Positions 31,981-42,313 of a stretch of DNA of 64,000 nt are shown piece by piece. The number at the start of each line of letters is the position of its first letter. Position 1 is the first letter of the stretch. A program made the translations under genes and the position numbers. The stretch comes from Candidatus Fimousia stercorigallinarum. GTDB lineage: Bacteria > Bacillota > Clostridia > Lachnospirales > Lachnospiraceae. The stretch spans positions 253 to 64,252 of the forward strand of contig DVKZ01000002.1 in the NCBI GenBank assembly GCA_018715775.1, in the 5' to 3' direction. A model generated the notes under the pieces. That model made no database searches. It had not been told where the DNA came from and worked only from the letters and a program-made list of their open reading frames with translations.

Positions 31981-32946
31981 ATGAGAGAAGTTACGATCAT
32001 GAAAAATGAAGCCGGGCAGCGACTGGATAAATTGCTTGCGAAGTATCTGGACGCTGCACCAAAGAGCTTTTTATATAAAATGCTTAGAAAAAAGAATATT
32101 AAATTGAATCAGAAAAAAGCCGATGGAAGGGAAATTCTCAAAGAGGGTGATATCGTTACGCTTTATCTTGCGGAAGATACGGTGAAAAAGTTTCAGAATG
32201 ACCAGCCCCAAAAGCAGGAGACCAATCTGCATCTACAGCACTTATATGAGGATGAAAATGTACTTCTGCTCAATAAGCCGGCCGGTTTGTTGTCACAAAA
32301 AGCAAGGCCGGAAGATCTTTCGGTCAATGATTATGTTCTGGAACATTACGGAAAAAATGGGATGACATTTAAACCATCGATTTGTAACCGCCTGGATCGA
32401 AATACGAGTGGGATTATTGTGGCAGGTATTTCCCTGGAAGGGCTGCAGACGATGGCAAAACTGTTAAAAACAAGAACTGTGCACAAATATTACCTGACGA
32501 TTGTGAAAGGACGGGTATCTTCGAATCAGAAGATCCGGGGATATTTGCGGAAAAAGAAAGATATGAATATGGTCGTCCTCTCTGATCAAAAAAACGGGGA
32601 TGGTGTATGGATCGAGACGCAGTATGAGCCGCTTGTGACGGGGAAGGAAGCGTCCCTGCTTAAAGTGTGGCTGATCACCGGACGTACGCATCAGATACGC
32701 AGTCATCTGGCTTCGATCGGTCATCCGATTGCCGGAGATTATAAATATGGTGATCGCGCATGGAATGATAGTCTGAAAAAGAGATTCGGGCTTTCTTATC
32801 AATTGCTCCATTCTTCGGAACTTGTTTTTCCGGAACAGATGGAACGATGTGCTCAATTGGCCGGGAAAACGGTGAAAGCAGATCCCCCGGAGCTTTTTGT
32901 ACGTGTTCAGAAGGCACTCGGTCTGACCTTGAAGGAGGGAAGATAG
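31981..32946 (+). CDS. RluA-family pseudouridine synthase
   Basis: QRLDK S4 domain, NRLDRNTSG, TGRTHQIR, GDYKYG. Confidence 0.93.
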   Translation: MREVTIMKNEAGQRLDKLLAKYLDAAPKSFLYKMLRKKNIKLNQKKADGREILKEGDIVTLYLAEDTVKKFQNDQPQKQETNLHLQHLYEDENVLLLNKPAGLLSQKARPEDLSVNDYVLEHYGKNGMTFKPSICNRLDRNTSGIIVAGISLEGLQTMAKLLKTRTVHKYYLTIVKGRVSSNQKIRGYLRKKKDMNMVVLSDQKNGDGVWIETQYEPLVTGKEASLLKVWLITGRTHQIRSHLASIGHPIAGDYKYGDRAWNDSLKKRFGLSYQLLHSSELVFPEQMERCAQLAGKTVKADPPELFVRVQKALGLTLKEGR

Positions 32947-33489
32947 ATGGCCGTTTGGAATTCAAGAGGACTGCGCGGCTCGATCCTGGAAGAGATGATT
33001 AACTTGACAAATGAAAAATACCGGGAAAAAAAACTTGCCCTCGTACAGAAAATTCCAACTTCAATCCGACCGGTACAATTTGATAAAACGAATCGTCATA
33101 TCACACTGGCATATTTCGATCAGAAAAGTACTGTGGATTACATTGGAGCGGTACAGGGAATTCCGGTCTGTTTTGACGCCAAGGAATGTGCCTCAGATAC
33201 CTTTCCGCTGCAAAATATCCATGCGCATCAGGTTGCTTTTATGAAAGATTTTGAGGAGCAGGGAGGTATCAGCTTTTTGCTGATTTATTTTTCGAAGTAT
33301 GAGAGGTGTTTTTATCTGCGGTTTGAAAAGATGATGGAATTTTGGAACCGACAGTTTTGCGGGGAACGGAAGCACTTCAAATATCACGAAATGGAGCCGG
33401 AATTTGAAATTCCGATTAAAAATGCAACATTTATTCATTATTTAGAAACGATCAATCAAGATTTACTTGTTAGAAAAGAAAAAAACTGA
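32947..33489 (+). CDS. recU: Holliday junction resolvase RecU
   Basis: RG...LEE, KIPT, STVDYIG, FDAKE, HQ. Confidence 0.9.
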   Translation: MAVWNSRGLRGSILEEMINLTNEKYREKKLALVQKIPTSIRPVQFDKTNRHITLAYFDQKSTVDYIGAVQGIPVCFDAKECASDTFPLQNIHAHQVAFMKDFEEQGGISFLLIYFSKYERCFYLRFEKMMEFWNRQFCGERKHFKYHEMEPEFEIPIKNATFIHYLETINQDLLVRKEKN

Positions 33490-33569
33490 TATAATCAATA
33501 AGATAAGCTATACAATAATGTGGCAGTATGCGTTATCGCACTGACCGATAGAAAGACAAGGTGAAGCTG

Positions 33570-34448
33570 TTGATTAAAAGTATGACTGGGTTTGGGAGGA
33601 GTGAAGTATCTACAGAAACTTGTAAGATGACTGTTGAGATGAAGTCTGTGAATCATCGATACGGGGATATTTCCATCCGCATGCCTAAAAAACTAAGTTT
33701 TTTTGAGACCCGGATGAGGGTATTACTGAAAAAATATATCCAGAGAGGGAAAGTGGATGTCTTTGTTACATATGAAGATCTTTCGGAACAGACCGTTGAA
33801 CTGCGATACAACCATTCAATGGCACAGAATTATCTGGATATGTTAAAACGAATGGAAGAAGAATTCCAAGTTCCAAATGACATTACGGCAACGGTACTTT
33901 CGAGATATCCGGAAGTATTTACGTTAGAAGAACAGGAAAGTAACGAAGAGGAACTCTGGGATATACTGGAAGAAGCGGTGATGAAAGCGGTTACCGGCTT
34001 TGTGGAGACGAGAAGGGCAGAAGGAGAACACCTCTATCATGATCTGACAGCGAAATTGGATCATATGCTTGAACTCGTTCGGATCATCGAAACAAGGTCT
34101 CCGAGTATTGTAGAGGAATATCGTGCAAGATTGGAAGAAAAAGTAAAAGAATTACTGGAGAATAATATCATCGATGAGGGCAGAATCGCTGCGGAAGTAA
34201 CGATTTATGCGGATAAGATCTGTGTGGATGAAGAAACGGTCCGTTTACACAGCCATATTGAGAGCATGAAAAAAACGCTGCATATGGAAGGAACGATCGG
34301 AAGAAAACTGGATTTTATCGCACAGGAGATGAACAGGGAAGCGAATACGATTCTTTCAAAGGCAAATGATCTGGATATTTCTAATACGGCCATTGACCTG
34401 AAGACGGAGATAGAAAAAGTAAGGGAGCAGATTCAGAACATTGAATAA
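33570..34448 (+). CDS. YicC/YloC family endoribonuclease (start uncertain)
   Basis: [39 protein letters not shown]. Confidence 0.92.
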   Translation: MIKSMTGFGRSEVSTETCKMTVEMKSVNHRYGDISIRMPKKLSFFETRMRVLLKKYIQRGKVDVFVTYEDLSEQTVELRYNHSMAQNYLDMLKRMEEEFQVPNDITATVLSRYPEVFTLEEQESNEEELWDILEEAVMKAVTGFVETRRAEGEHLYHDLTAKLDHMLELVRIIETRSPSIVEEYRARLEEKVKELLENNIIDEGRIAAEVTIYADKICVDEETVRLHSHIESMKKTLHMEGTIGRKLDFIAQEMNREANTILSKANDLDISNTAIDLKTEIEKVREQIQNIE

Positions 34449-34680
34449 TTTAGTAAATATCGGATTTGGAAATGTAATGAATGTTGATAAAGTTGTGTCG
34501 ATCGTCAGCCCGGATGCCGCACCTATTAAGCGAATGGTACAGCAGGCAAAGGATGAGGGAAGAGCGATCGATGCCACGTGCGGCAGAAGAACACGTGCAG
34601 TGATCGTAACGGACAGTAATCAGATCATATTGTCTGCCCTGCTGCCTGAGACAATTGTAAATCGTTATCAGGAAAGGTGA
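34441..34680 (+). CDS. remA: RemA/DUF370 family protein
   Basis: [19 protein letters not shown]; typical position between yloC and gmk; TTG start. Confidence 0.85.
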   Translation: MNNLVNIGFGNVMNVDKVVSIVSPDAAPIKRMVQQAKDEGRAIDATCGRRTRAVIVTDSNQIILSALLPETIVNRYQER

Positions 34681-34687
34681 TATACAT

Positions 34688-35305
34688 ATGGAGAAAAGAG
34701 GGTCATTAATTGTTATTTCTGGATTTTCCGGTGCTGGAAAAGGAACCGTTGCGAAAAGGCTGGTGAAGGATTATGGATACAGCCTGTCGGTTTCAGCAAC
34801 GACAAGAGAACCCAGAGAAGGGGAAGTTGATGGTGTAGATTACTACTTCAAGTCAGAGGCTGACTTTAAAAACTTGATCGACTACAATGGGTTTATTGAA
34901 TATGCCCGCTATGTAGACAATTATTACGGAACGCCCCGTGCGTTTGTCGAAAATGAACTGGGATCCGGACACAATGTGATCCTGGAAATCGAAGTTCAAG
35001 GTGCATTAAACATCAAGAGACAATATCCGGATGCGGTGTTGATCTTTATCACAGCGCCAAGCGTGGATGCATTAAAAAACAGGCTTGTCGGACGGGGGAC
35101 AGAAGATGCTTCTGTAGTTGCAAAACGCATGAAACGTGCTTCGGAAGAGGCAGAGGAGATGATCAATTATGAATACATTGTTGTAAATGATGATCTGGAT
35201 GACTGTGTTCATACCGTTCATTCGATTGTTGTGAGCAAGCGTTGTGAATTGCAGCAGAACATAGATTTTATAGAAGAAACAAAAGAAGGTTTTAAGCAGA
35301 TTTAA
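34688..35305 (+). CDS. gmk: Guanylate kinase
   Basis: SGFSGAGKGT, TTREPREGEVDGVDYYF, YYGT. Confidence 0.96.
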   Translation: MEKRGSLIVISGFSGAGKGTVAKRLVKDYGYSLSVSATTREPREGEVDGVDYYFKSEADFKNLIDYNGFIEYARYVDNYYGTPRAFVENELGSGHNVILEIEVQGALNIKRQYPDAVLIFITAPSVDALKNRLVGRGTEDASVVAKRMKRASEEAEEMINYEYIVVNDDLDDCVHTVHSIVVSKRCELQQNIDFIEETKEGFKQI

Positions 35306-35327
35306 GTAACAGGAAGGAGAATGAAGA

Positions 35328-35573
35328 ATGTTACATCCATCATATAGCGAATTAATGCAGGTAGTAAACAGCGAAGCAGAATCACCGGAAGAGGCAATTG
35401 TTAACAGCCGTTATTCCATTGTGATCGCAACCGCAAAACGTGCAAGACAGATCATTGCCGGAGAAGTACCGCTTACGGATGATTTAAATGAAAATTATGA
35501 CGTAAAGCCTTTATCCGCTGCAGTAGAAGAACTTGCAACTAATAAAATCCATATTTTACCAGCAGATGACTAG
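35328..35573 (+). CDS. rpoZ: RNA polymerase omega subunit
   Basis: SRYSIVIATAKRARQI, KPLSAAVEE. Confidence 0.93.
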   Translation: MLHPSYSELMQVVNSEAESPEEAIVNSRYSIVIATAKRARQIIAGEVPLTDDLNENYDVKPLSAAVEELATNKIHILPADD

Positions 35574-35579
35574 GAAATC

Positions 35580-35602
35580 AAGAGGATGGCAACATCCTCT
35601 TT
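35580..35602 (+). terminator. Terminator after rpoZ
   Basis: AAGAGGATG-GCAA-CATCCTCTTT. Confidence 0.75.
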
Positions 35603-35656
35603 CGTTTACACAAAAGTAAAAAAATAAAATCTTAACAGATCAGAAAGGACGAAATC

Positions 35657-36493
35657 ATGAATATAACAGAATATGTTAAAGTTGTGATTCTTGGTATTAT
35701 TGAAGGAATTACGGAATGGCTGCCGATCAGCAGCACCGGACATTTGATCCTGGCAAATGAATTTATCAAATTAAATATGACAGAGCAGTTTATGGAAATG
35801 TTTAATGTCGTGATCCAGTTAGGTGCGATCATGGCGGTTGTTGTTTTATATTTTCATAAATTAAATCCTTTTTCTCCGCGAAAAAGATGGAAAGAAAAGA
35901 TGGATACGATGCAGATCTGGTTTAAAGTGATCATTGCGGTCTTACCATCTGCTATAATCGGCTTGTTATTTGACGACTGGCTGGATGCTCATCTTTATAA
36001 ACCGTTTATCGTTGCACTGATGCTGATCATCTATGGTATTTTATTTATTGTGGTAGAAAGCAGAAACAGAAAACGCAGACCACATACGCGCGATTTTGAC
36101 CAGTTAACTTATGGAATGGCGATCGGAATCGGTATTTTCCAGGTACTGGCATTGATCCCGGGTACTTCCCGTTCCGGTGCAACCATCCTCGGAGGAATTT
36201 TACTTGGATGTTCCCGCTATATTGCAGCAGAATTTTCATTTTTCCTCGGAATTCCGACGATGGTCGGTGCAAGTCTGTTAAAAATTGTAAAATTCGGTTT
36301 TCAGTTTTCACAGACAGAATTGATCGTGCTGCTCCTTGGAATGGCAGTTTCTTTCGTCGTGTCGATTCTGGCGATCAAATTCTTATTAAATTATATTAAA
36401 AATAACGACTTTAAAGTATTCGGTGTATATCGGATTGTTCTGGGCGCCCTTGTCATTGCTTACTTTGTGGCAACCGGTCAGAAATTGTTATAG
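35657..36493 (+). CDS. uppP: Undecaprenyl-diphosphate phosphatase
   Basis: [24 protein letters not shown]. Confidence 0.95.
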   Translation: MNITEYVKVVILGIIEGITEWLPISSTGHLILANEFIKLNMTEQFMEMFNVVIQLGAIMAVVVLYFHKLNPFSPRKRWKEKMDTMQIWFKVIIAVLPSAIIGLLFDDWLDAHLYKPFIVALMLIIYGILFIVVESRNRKRRPHTRDFDQLTYGMAIGIGIFQVLALIPGTSRSGATILGGILLGCSRYIAAEFSFFLGIPTMVGASLLKIVKFGFQFSQTELIVLLLGMAVSFVVSILAIKFLLNYIKNNDFKVFGVYRIVLGALVIAYFVATGQKLL

Positions 36494-36505
36494 GAAAGGA
36501 TAAAT

Positions 36506-37270
36506 ATGGGAAACGAACAGGAATTTTTAGAAGGACTGCAGGATCTGGTGCGCATCGGTAAGACCAATGGAGATGTGCTGACAGCCGATGAAGTTCGGAG
36601 CTATTTTTCGGATGTTGCGCTGAATGAAGCACAGATGGGGCTGATCGCAGCTTATATGTCTGAAAATCAGATTCGCATCGATGGCGTTTTGCCGGCTGTG
36701 GATGTAGAATCTGAGGAGGAAGAGCTTTCCTCTGCGGAGGAGCCGTCTGCTGTTTTTCAAATGTACATAGATGAGATGAAAGAAATCACTTCTCTGTATG
36801 AGGAAGAAGAAGAAAAGTACTTGGAGCGGATGACACAGGGAGATACAGAAGCGGTCAATCAACTCGTGGAGATGAACCTGGAAGAAGTGGTTAATATCGC
36901 TCGTTTATTCCAGGGAAAAGGAATCCAGATGAACGATCTGATTCAGGAAGGAAATCTCGCGCTATTTTGTTCTGTTATGGAATACGAAAAAGAAACACAT
37001 GGGGATTTCCATCCATATATGCTGGAAAGAGTGCGTCAGGCGATCGAAGATGCGGTTCAGGAGAATACAATGGTGACCAGCGGAGCAAGAAAGATGGCTC
37101 GTCTGATCAATCAGATGAACGATCTTGCCACTTCGATAGCAAAAGAATTCGGTCGGGAAGCAAAAGCAGAAGAATTGGCTGAAAAAATGCATCTTTCGGT
37201 GGAAGAAGTGAAAGATCTGATGAAAGTATCCCTTGATGCGGTAAATCTATTTGAAAATGAACGTAAATAA
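36506..37270 (+). CDS. Truncated RpoD-like sigma-70 paralogue (regions 1.1-3, no region 4)
   Basis: MYIDEM (1.2), NLEEVVNIA and DLIQEGNLAL (2), GREAKAEELAEKM (3), then stop. Confidence 0.75.
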   Translation: MGNEQEFLEGLQDLVRIGKTNGDVLTADEVRSYFSDVALNEAQMGLIAAYMSENQIRIDGVLPAVDVESEEEELSSAEEPSAVFQMYIDEMKEITSLYEEEEEKYLERMTQGDTEAVNQLVEMNLEEVVNIARLFQGKGIQMNDLIQEGNLALFCSVMEYEKETHGDFHPYMLERVRQAIEDAVQENTMVTSGARKMARLINQMNDLATSIAKEFGREAKAEELAEKMHLSVEEVKDLMKVSLDAVNLFENERK

Positions 37271-37309
37271 AGAAACCGGATAAGGCAGGTATGTTCAAGG
37301 GGGGATTTT

Positions 37310-38314
37310 ATGAACATTCGTGAAAAGCAGGAACATAAGGAACAACAGGATTACAGCATTTATGCGTCATTGAGCATGAATTCCAGAGGACGTGCCAAAA
37401 TGGAAGAGGAGTGCGATATCCGGACCTGCTATCAAAGAGACAGGGACCGGATCCTGCACTGCAAAGCATTTCGGCGTCTGAAGGATAAAACACAGGTGTT
37501 TATGTCTCCGAAAGGGGACCATTACCGAACGAGGCTCACGCATACGCTGGAAGTCTCTCAGACTGCAAGGACAATCGCCCGTGCACTTGATCTGAATGAG
37601 ACATTGACAGAAGCGATCGCTCTGGGACACGATCTTGGACATACTCCTTTCGGACATGCCGGTGAATATGCATTAAACCGCCTGTCCAGTACAGGATTTA
37701 AACATTATGAACAGAGTATCCGCGTCGTGGAATTTTTAGAAAAAGATGGACGAGGACTGAATCTGACATATGAAGTAAAAGACGGAATCCGAAATCATTC
37801 AACGATCAATATGCCGGAAACGATGGAAGGAAAAATCGTCCGGCTGTCGGATAAAATCGCGTATATCAATCACGATATCGATGACGCGATCCGTGGTAAG
37901 ATCCTGACGGAGGATGATCTGCCGAAGGAAGAAACAGCTGTTCTCGGGCATACGGTACGGGAAAGGATCAATACGATGATTCGCGGTATTATCCGTGCGA
38001 GTGAAGATAAAGATGATATTATTATGGAACCGGAGATCATGACGGCGATGCGCAATCTTCGAAGATATATGTTTGAGAATGTTTATCGGAATTCTGCCTG
38101 CAAACGGGAAGATGAGAAGGTTTTTTATATCATTTCCGGATTGTATGATTACTATATGCAGCATGTGGATGCATTGCCGGAATTTTGTCTCAAAAATATT
38201 GATCAGGGAACCAGTACGGAAACGGCTGTATGCGATTACATAGCAGGTATGACGGATCATTATGCGATTGAAAAATTCCGAGAGCATTATGAGCCGAAAT
38301 TCTGGACGGTATGA
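37310..38314 (+). CDS. dGTP triphosphohydrolase-like HD protein
   Basis: RDRDRILH, RTRLTHTLEV, HDLGHTPFGHAGE, DYIAGMTD. Confidence 0.93.
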   Translation: MNIREKQEHKEQQDYSIYASLSMNSRGRAKMEEECDIRTCYQRDRDRILHCKAFRRLKDKTQVFMSPKGDHYRTRLTHTLEVSQTARTIARALDLNETLTEAIALGHDLGHTPFGHAGEYALNRLSSTGFKHYEQSIRVVEFLEKDGRGLNLTYEVKDGIRNHSTINMPETMEGKIVRLSDKIAYINHDIDDAIRGKILTEDDLPKEETAVLGHTVRERINTMIRGIIRASEDKDDIIMEPEIMTAMRNLRRYMFENVYRNSACKREDEKVFYIISGLYDYYMQHVDALPEFCLKNIDQGTSTETAVCDYIAGMTDHYAIEKFREHYEPKFWTV

Positions 38315-38345
38315 GCTTTCACCGGTGGAAAGTTTTATTTATAAT

Positions 38346-38384
38346 AAAAAAACGTAAGAAACAATATCGTTTCTTACGTTTTTT
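38346..38384. terminator. Bidirectional terminator between the dGTPase gene and tRNA-Leu
   Basis: AAAAAAACGTAAGAAAC...GTTTCTTACGTTTTTT. Confidence 0.8.
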
Positions 38385-38387
38385 CTA

Positions 38388-38471
38388 TGCCGCAGGCCGG
38401 ACTCGAACCGGCACGATGTTGCCACCGCCAGATTTTGAGTCTGGTGCGTCTGCCAATTCCGCCACTGCGGC
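38388..38471 (-). tRNA. tRNA-Leu(CAA), CCA end not encoded
   Basis: The reverse complement reads GCCGCAGTGGCGGAATTGGCAGACGC-ACCAGACT CAA AATCTGG-long variable arm-GGTTCGAGTCC-GGCCTGCGGCA. Confidence 0.95.
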
Positions 38472-38636
38472 TTTTTCGTACCTGTTTATATTATCATTTT
38501 TATATGTTGATGTCAACAAAAAATTTAATAAAAATAAATTCTGTTTCAATTAAATGGAATCTCAAATCAGTCGATACTAGCCTCTAAAAATAAGTTATGA
38601 TATAATGGAAGAACGATTGGAAAGGAACCGATATAC

Positions 38637-39035
38637 ATGGAATGTTTTGAAGTAGATACGAAGATAATTTCATATTTAGAAAATACATTGGAAGACGACG
38701 AACTGGAAGCATTTTTGGAGCATTTAAATGAATGTGAAGATTGCCGGAATGAAGTGGCGCTCTATTTTACTCTGATCGAAGGGTTAAAACAGATGGATGA
38801 GGATGAAATTAAGATTTTTGACTTTCAGGCGGAATATCAAAAACAGCGGAAAGAGAGGCTCCGGGATGTTGTTCTCCGAAGGAAATACCGTTTGTTGACA
38901 GACCGCCTTGTCATTCTTTTTGTTGTGGCAATTGTGCTGTTTGGGTTGATTTACGGTTTCTTTCAAAAATATGAAAATGACAGGTACTATCTTGTACAGG
39001 AGGATTGTTATGAGCAGCAAATTAGTATTGATTGA
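38637..39035 (+). CDS. zf-HC2 (anti-sigma-type zinc finger) membrane protein
   Basis: HLNECEDC (HxxxCxxC) and one C-terminal TM helix. Confidence 0.8.
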   Translation: MECFEVDTKIISYLENTLEDDELEAFLEHLNECEDCRNEVALYFTLIEGLKQMDEDEIKIFDFQAEYQKQRKERLRDVVLRRKYRLLTDRLVILFVVAIVLFGLIYGFFQKYENDRYYLVQEDCYEQQISID

Positions 39036-41649
39036 CGGGCATAGCATTTTGAACCGTGCATTTTATGGATTGCCGGATCTGACAAACAGTGAGGGAAAAC
39101 ATACAAATGCCGTACTCGGGTTCTTAAATATTATGTTTCGTTTTTTAGAGCAGGAATCGGCAACGCATCTGTTGGTTGCTTTTGATCTGAAAACACCGAC
39201 ATTTCGGCATAAGATGTTTGAAGAGTATAAAGGGACGAGAAAACCGATGCCGCCGGAACTGCATGAACAGGTTTCCCTGATGAAAGAAGTCCTGCATGCA
39301 ATGAATATTCCGGTTATTACAAAGGAAGGATATGAAGCGGATGATATATTGGGAACGCTTTCCAGAAGAGCAGAAGAAGCCGGATATGAAGTGAGTATTA
39401 TTTCCGGTGACCGTGATCTGCTTCAGCTTGCGACCGATCACGTACAAATCCGGATTCCGAAGACGAAGATGACGGGAACGATCGTAGAAGATTATTATGC
39501 GGACGATGTGAAAGAAAAATATCAGGTAACGCCAAAAGAACTGATCGATGTCAAAGGACTGATGGGGGATACGGCTGATAATATTCCGGGAGTCCCGGGA
39601 ATCGGAGAGAAGACAGCAACAAAACTGATCGTTGCATATCATTCGATTGAAAATGCATATTCTCATATTGATGAGGTGAAACCAAAGCGTGCACAGAATA
39701 ATTTGAGAGAATATTATGATCAGGCGCTGCTTAGCAAAGAACTTGCGACGATCAAACTGGACTGTGACCTGGATTATTCTTTTGAAGATGCTGTTTTAAA
39801 TGATATTTATACCGAAGAGGCCTTTCTTCTGCTAAAACAGCTGGAATTTAAATCAATCTTAAAGCGTTTTGACGGAATTGAAGAGCCGGATCCGTTTCCC
39901 TGTGAAGTGCGCATGACAAGTAATCTTTCGGAGGCGGAACTTGTATTTTCAGAAGCAGAAGCAGCGGCGAAGATTGGGATCAGCATGATGGAAGACAACG
40001 GAACGGTTCTTGGCTGTGCGCTTGCCTATGAAGACGGCAGAGCCGTTTTTCTTCGAGTCGAGGGGTTTTTGACGAAAGATTTTCTGTGCGGAAAGATCAG
40101 AGAGCTTTATGAAAAAGCACCGGTCATCGCATCCCTGGACCTGAAACAGCTGCTGTTTTATGTGGACCTGCGGGAGGATATGAACAGTTTATTTGACTGT
40201 AAGGTAGCAGCATATCTGCTGAATCCGCTGAAAGATACGTATTTCTATGAAGATATTGCAAGAGATTATCTGCAGCTGATCCTTCCATCCAGATCAGAAA
40301 TGTTAAAGAAGATGACATGGGAGGAAGCGTTGGATCAGGAAGCGGAGAAAGCATTAAAGGCGATCGGTTATGAAGCATCGATTGCAAGATCGTCCTGTGA
40401 GGTGTTGGATAAAGAGTTAAGAGATCATAATATGCAGGAATTGTATGAAAAGATCGAGCTGCCGACGATCTTTGCACTGGCAGATATGCAAAAACATGGT
40501 ATCCGCGTGGAAAAAGAAGCGTTGAAGCAATACGGGGAACAGCTTGTAGATCAGATTACGGAATTGGAACAGGGGATTTATGCAGAGGCCGGAGAAGTTT
40601 TTAATATCAATTCTCCAAAGCAGCTCGGTGTTGTCCTGTTTGAGCATATGGGCCTAAAAGGCGGAAAAAAGACGAAGACCGGTTATTCTACGAGCGTTGA
40701 TGTTCTGGAGAAACTGACGGGCAAATATCCGATCTGTCAGATGGTATTGGATTATCGCCATCTGACAAAATTGAAATCAACTTATGCAGAAGGCATGTAT
40801 CCGTATATTCAGGAAGATGGCAGGATCCATGGAAAGTTCCATCAGACGATCACGGCAACAGGCCGGATCAGCAGTACCGATCCAAATCTTCAAAATATCC
40901 CGGTGCGTATGCCGCTTGGACGTGCCATCCGAAAGGTGTTTGTGCCGGAAGAGGGGTTTATCTTTGTCGATGCGGATTACAGCCAGATCGAACTTCGTGT
41001 GCTGGCGCATTTTTCCGGAGATCCCGCATTGATCCAGGCATATAAAGAAGGAAAAGATATTCATGCGTCAACAGCATCGGATGTATTTGGTATTCCGTTA
41101 GAAGAGGTGACGCCGGGACAGAGACGCGATGCCAAGGCGGTAAACTTTGGAATTGTATATGGGATCAGTGCTTTTGGATTGAGCCAGGATTTAAATATTT
41201 CAAGAAAACAGGCGCAGGATTATATTGATAAATATTTTGCAACGTATCCGGGAGTAAAAGCATTTTTGGATGAGGCCGTTCGGAAAGCAAAAGAAGAAGG
41301 ATATGCGGAAACGATGTTTCACAGGATCCGTCCGGTACCGGAATTAAAATCGAGCAATTTTATGCAGCGAAATTTTGGAGAGCGTGTTGCAATGAATTCA
41401 CCGATCCAGGGAACTGCGGCGGATATTATTAAGATCGCAATGGTCAATGTGAATATGAGGTTAAAACGGGAAAACAGAAAGTCACGAATGATCTTGCAGA
41501 TTCATGATGAGTTGTTGATTGAGACGAGCATCGATGAAGTGGATATTGTGAAACAGATTTTAACAGAAGAGATGATCTCAGCGGCAGAGCTTTCGGTACC
41601 GCTTGTGATCGATATTAATACCGGCAGCAGCTGGTATGAAGCAAAATAA
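39010..41649 (+). CDS. polA: DNA polymerase I
   Basis: LIDGHS..RAFY, EADD, DYSQIELR, KAVNFGIVYG, QIHDELL. Confidence 0.98.
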   Translation: MSSKLVLIDGHSILNRAFYGLPDLTNSEGKHTNAVLGFLNIMFRFLEQESATHLLVAFDLKTPTFRHKMFEEYKGTRKPMPPELHEQVSLMKEVLHAMNIPVITKEGYEADDILGTLSRRAEEAGYEVSIISGDRDLLQLATDHVQIRIPKTKMTGTIVEDYYADDVKEKYQVTPKELIDVKGLMGDTADNIPGVPGIGEKTATKLIVAYHSIENAYSHIDEVKPKRAQNNLREYYDQALLSKELATIKLDCDLDYSFEDAVLNDIYTEEAFLLLKQLEFKSILKRFDGIEEPDPFPCEVRMTSNLSEAELVFSEAEAAAKIGISMMEDNGTVLGCALAYEDGRAVFLRVEGFLTKDFLCGKIRELYEKAPVIASLDLKQLLFYVDLREDMNSLFDCKVAAYLLNPLKDTYFYEDIARDYLQLILPSRSEMLKKMTWEEALDQEAEKALKAIGYEASIARSSCEVLDKELRDHNMQELYEKIELPTIFALADMQKHGIRVEKEALKQYGEQLVDQITELEQGIYAEAGEVFNINSPKQLGVVLFEHMGLKGGKKTKTGYSTSVDVLEKLTGKYPICQMVLDYRHLTKLKSTYAEGMYPYIQEDGRIHGKFHQTITATGRISSTDPNLQNIPVRMPLGRAIRKVFVPEEGFIFVDADYSQIELRVLAHFSGDPALIQAYKEGKDIHASTASDVFGIPLEEVTPGQRRDAKAVNFGIVYGISAFGLSQDLNISRKQAQDYIDKYFATYPGVKAFLDEAVRKAKEEGYAETMFHRIRPVPELKSSNFMQRNFGERVAMNSPIQGTAADIIKIAMVNVNMRLKRENRKSRMILQIHDELLIETSIDEVDIVKQILTEEMISAAELSVPLVIDINTGSSWYEAK

Positions 41650-41665
41650 GAAAAGAGGAGCAAAA

Positions 41666-42253
41666 GTGAAAGTAATCGGAGTGACTGGCGGGGTCGGTTC
41701 TGGTAAGAGCGTTGTTTTGTCAATATTGGAGAAAGACTATCATGCCGAAACGATCCTGGCTGATCTGGTTGCACATGATCTGATGCAACCGGGAGGAAAA
41801 AGTTATGAGGATATTGTAGAAGCGTTTGGTGACGGTATTTTAAATGACGATGGAACAATCGACCGGGTAAAATTGGGCAATATCGTGTTCCATGATGCAG
41901 AAAAACTGCAGAAACTTAATGCGATCACACATCCGAATGTAAAAGAAGAGATTAAAAATCGAATTCAGAAGATCAGAGAGCAGGGAACTGCTTCGATGAT
42001 CTTACTGGAGGCAGCACTTCTGATCGAATCCGGATATGAAGATGTCTACGATGAACTCTGGTATATCTATGTCGACCGGGAAACGAGGTACCGTCGTCTG
42101 CAGGAAGGAAGGGGCTATACGAGAGAAAAAACCGATTCTATCATGCAAAAACAGCTGACGGAAGAGCAATTCCGGAAATATGCAGATGTTGTTATTGATA
42201 ATTCCCATAGTATAGAAGAAACAAAACGGCAAATTCGGAACATTTGCGGATAG
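41666..42253 (+). CDS. coaE: Dephospho-CoA kinase
   Basis: GVTGGVGSGKS, LNAITHP; follows polA; GTG start. Confidence 0.93.
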   Translation: MKVIGVTGGVGSGKSVVLSILEKDYHAETILADLVAHDLMQPGGKSYEDIVEAFGDGILNDDGTIDRVKLGNIVFHDAEKLQKLNAITHPNVKEEIKNRIQKIREQGTASMILLEAALLIESGYEDVYDELWYIYVDRETRYRRLQEGRGYTREKTDSIMQKQLTEEQFRKYADVVIDNSHSIEETKRQIRNICG

Positions 42254-42313
42254 AACAAACAGATATCCTGTGGTATACTATAGCAGACGTAAATTAACAA
42301 AGGAAGATAGATT

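Noticed and set aside
38387..38587. 66-aa ORF on the + strand
   Set aside because: It is the antisense reading of tRNA-Leu.
38300..38640. tRNA-Leu as an integration site
   Set aside because: No integrase and no duplicated tRNA 3' end seen; both flanks are housekeeping genes.
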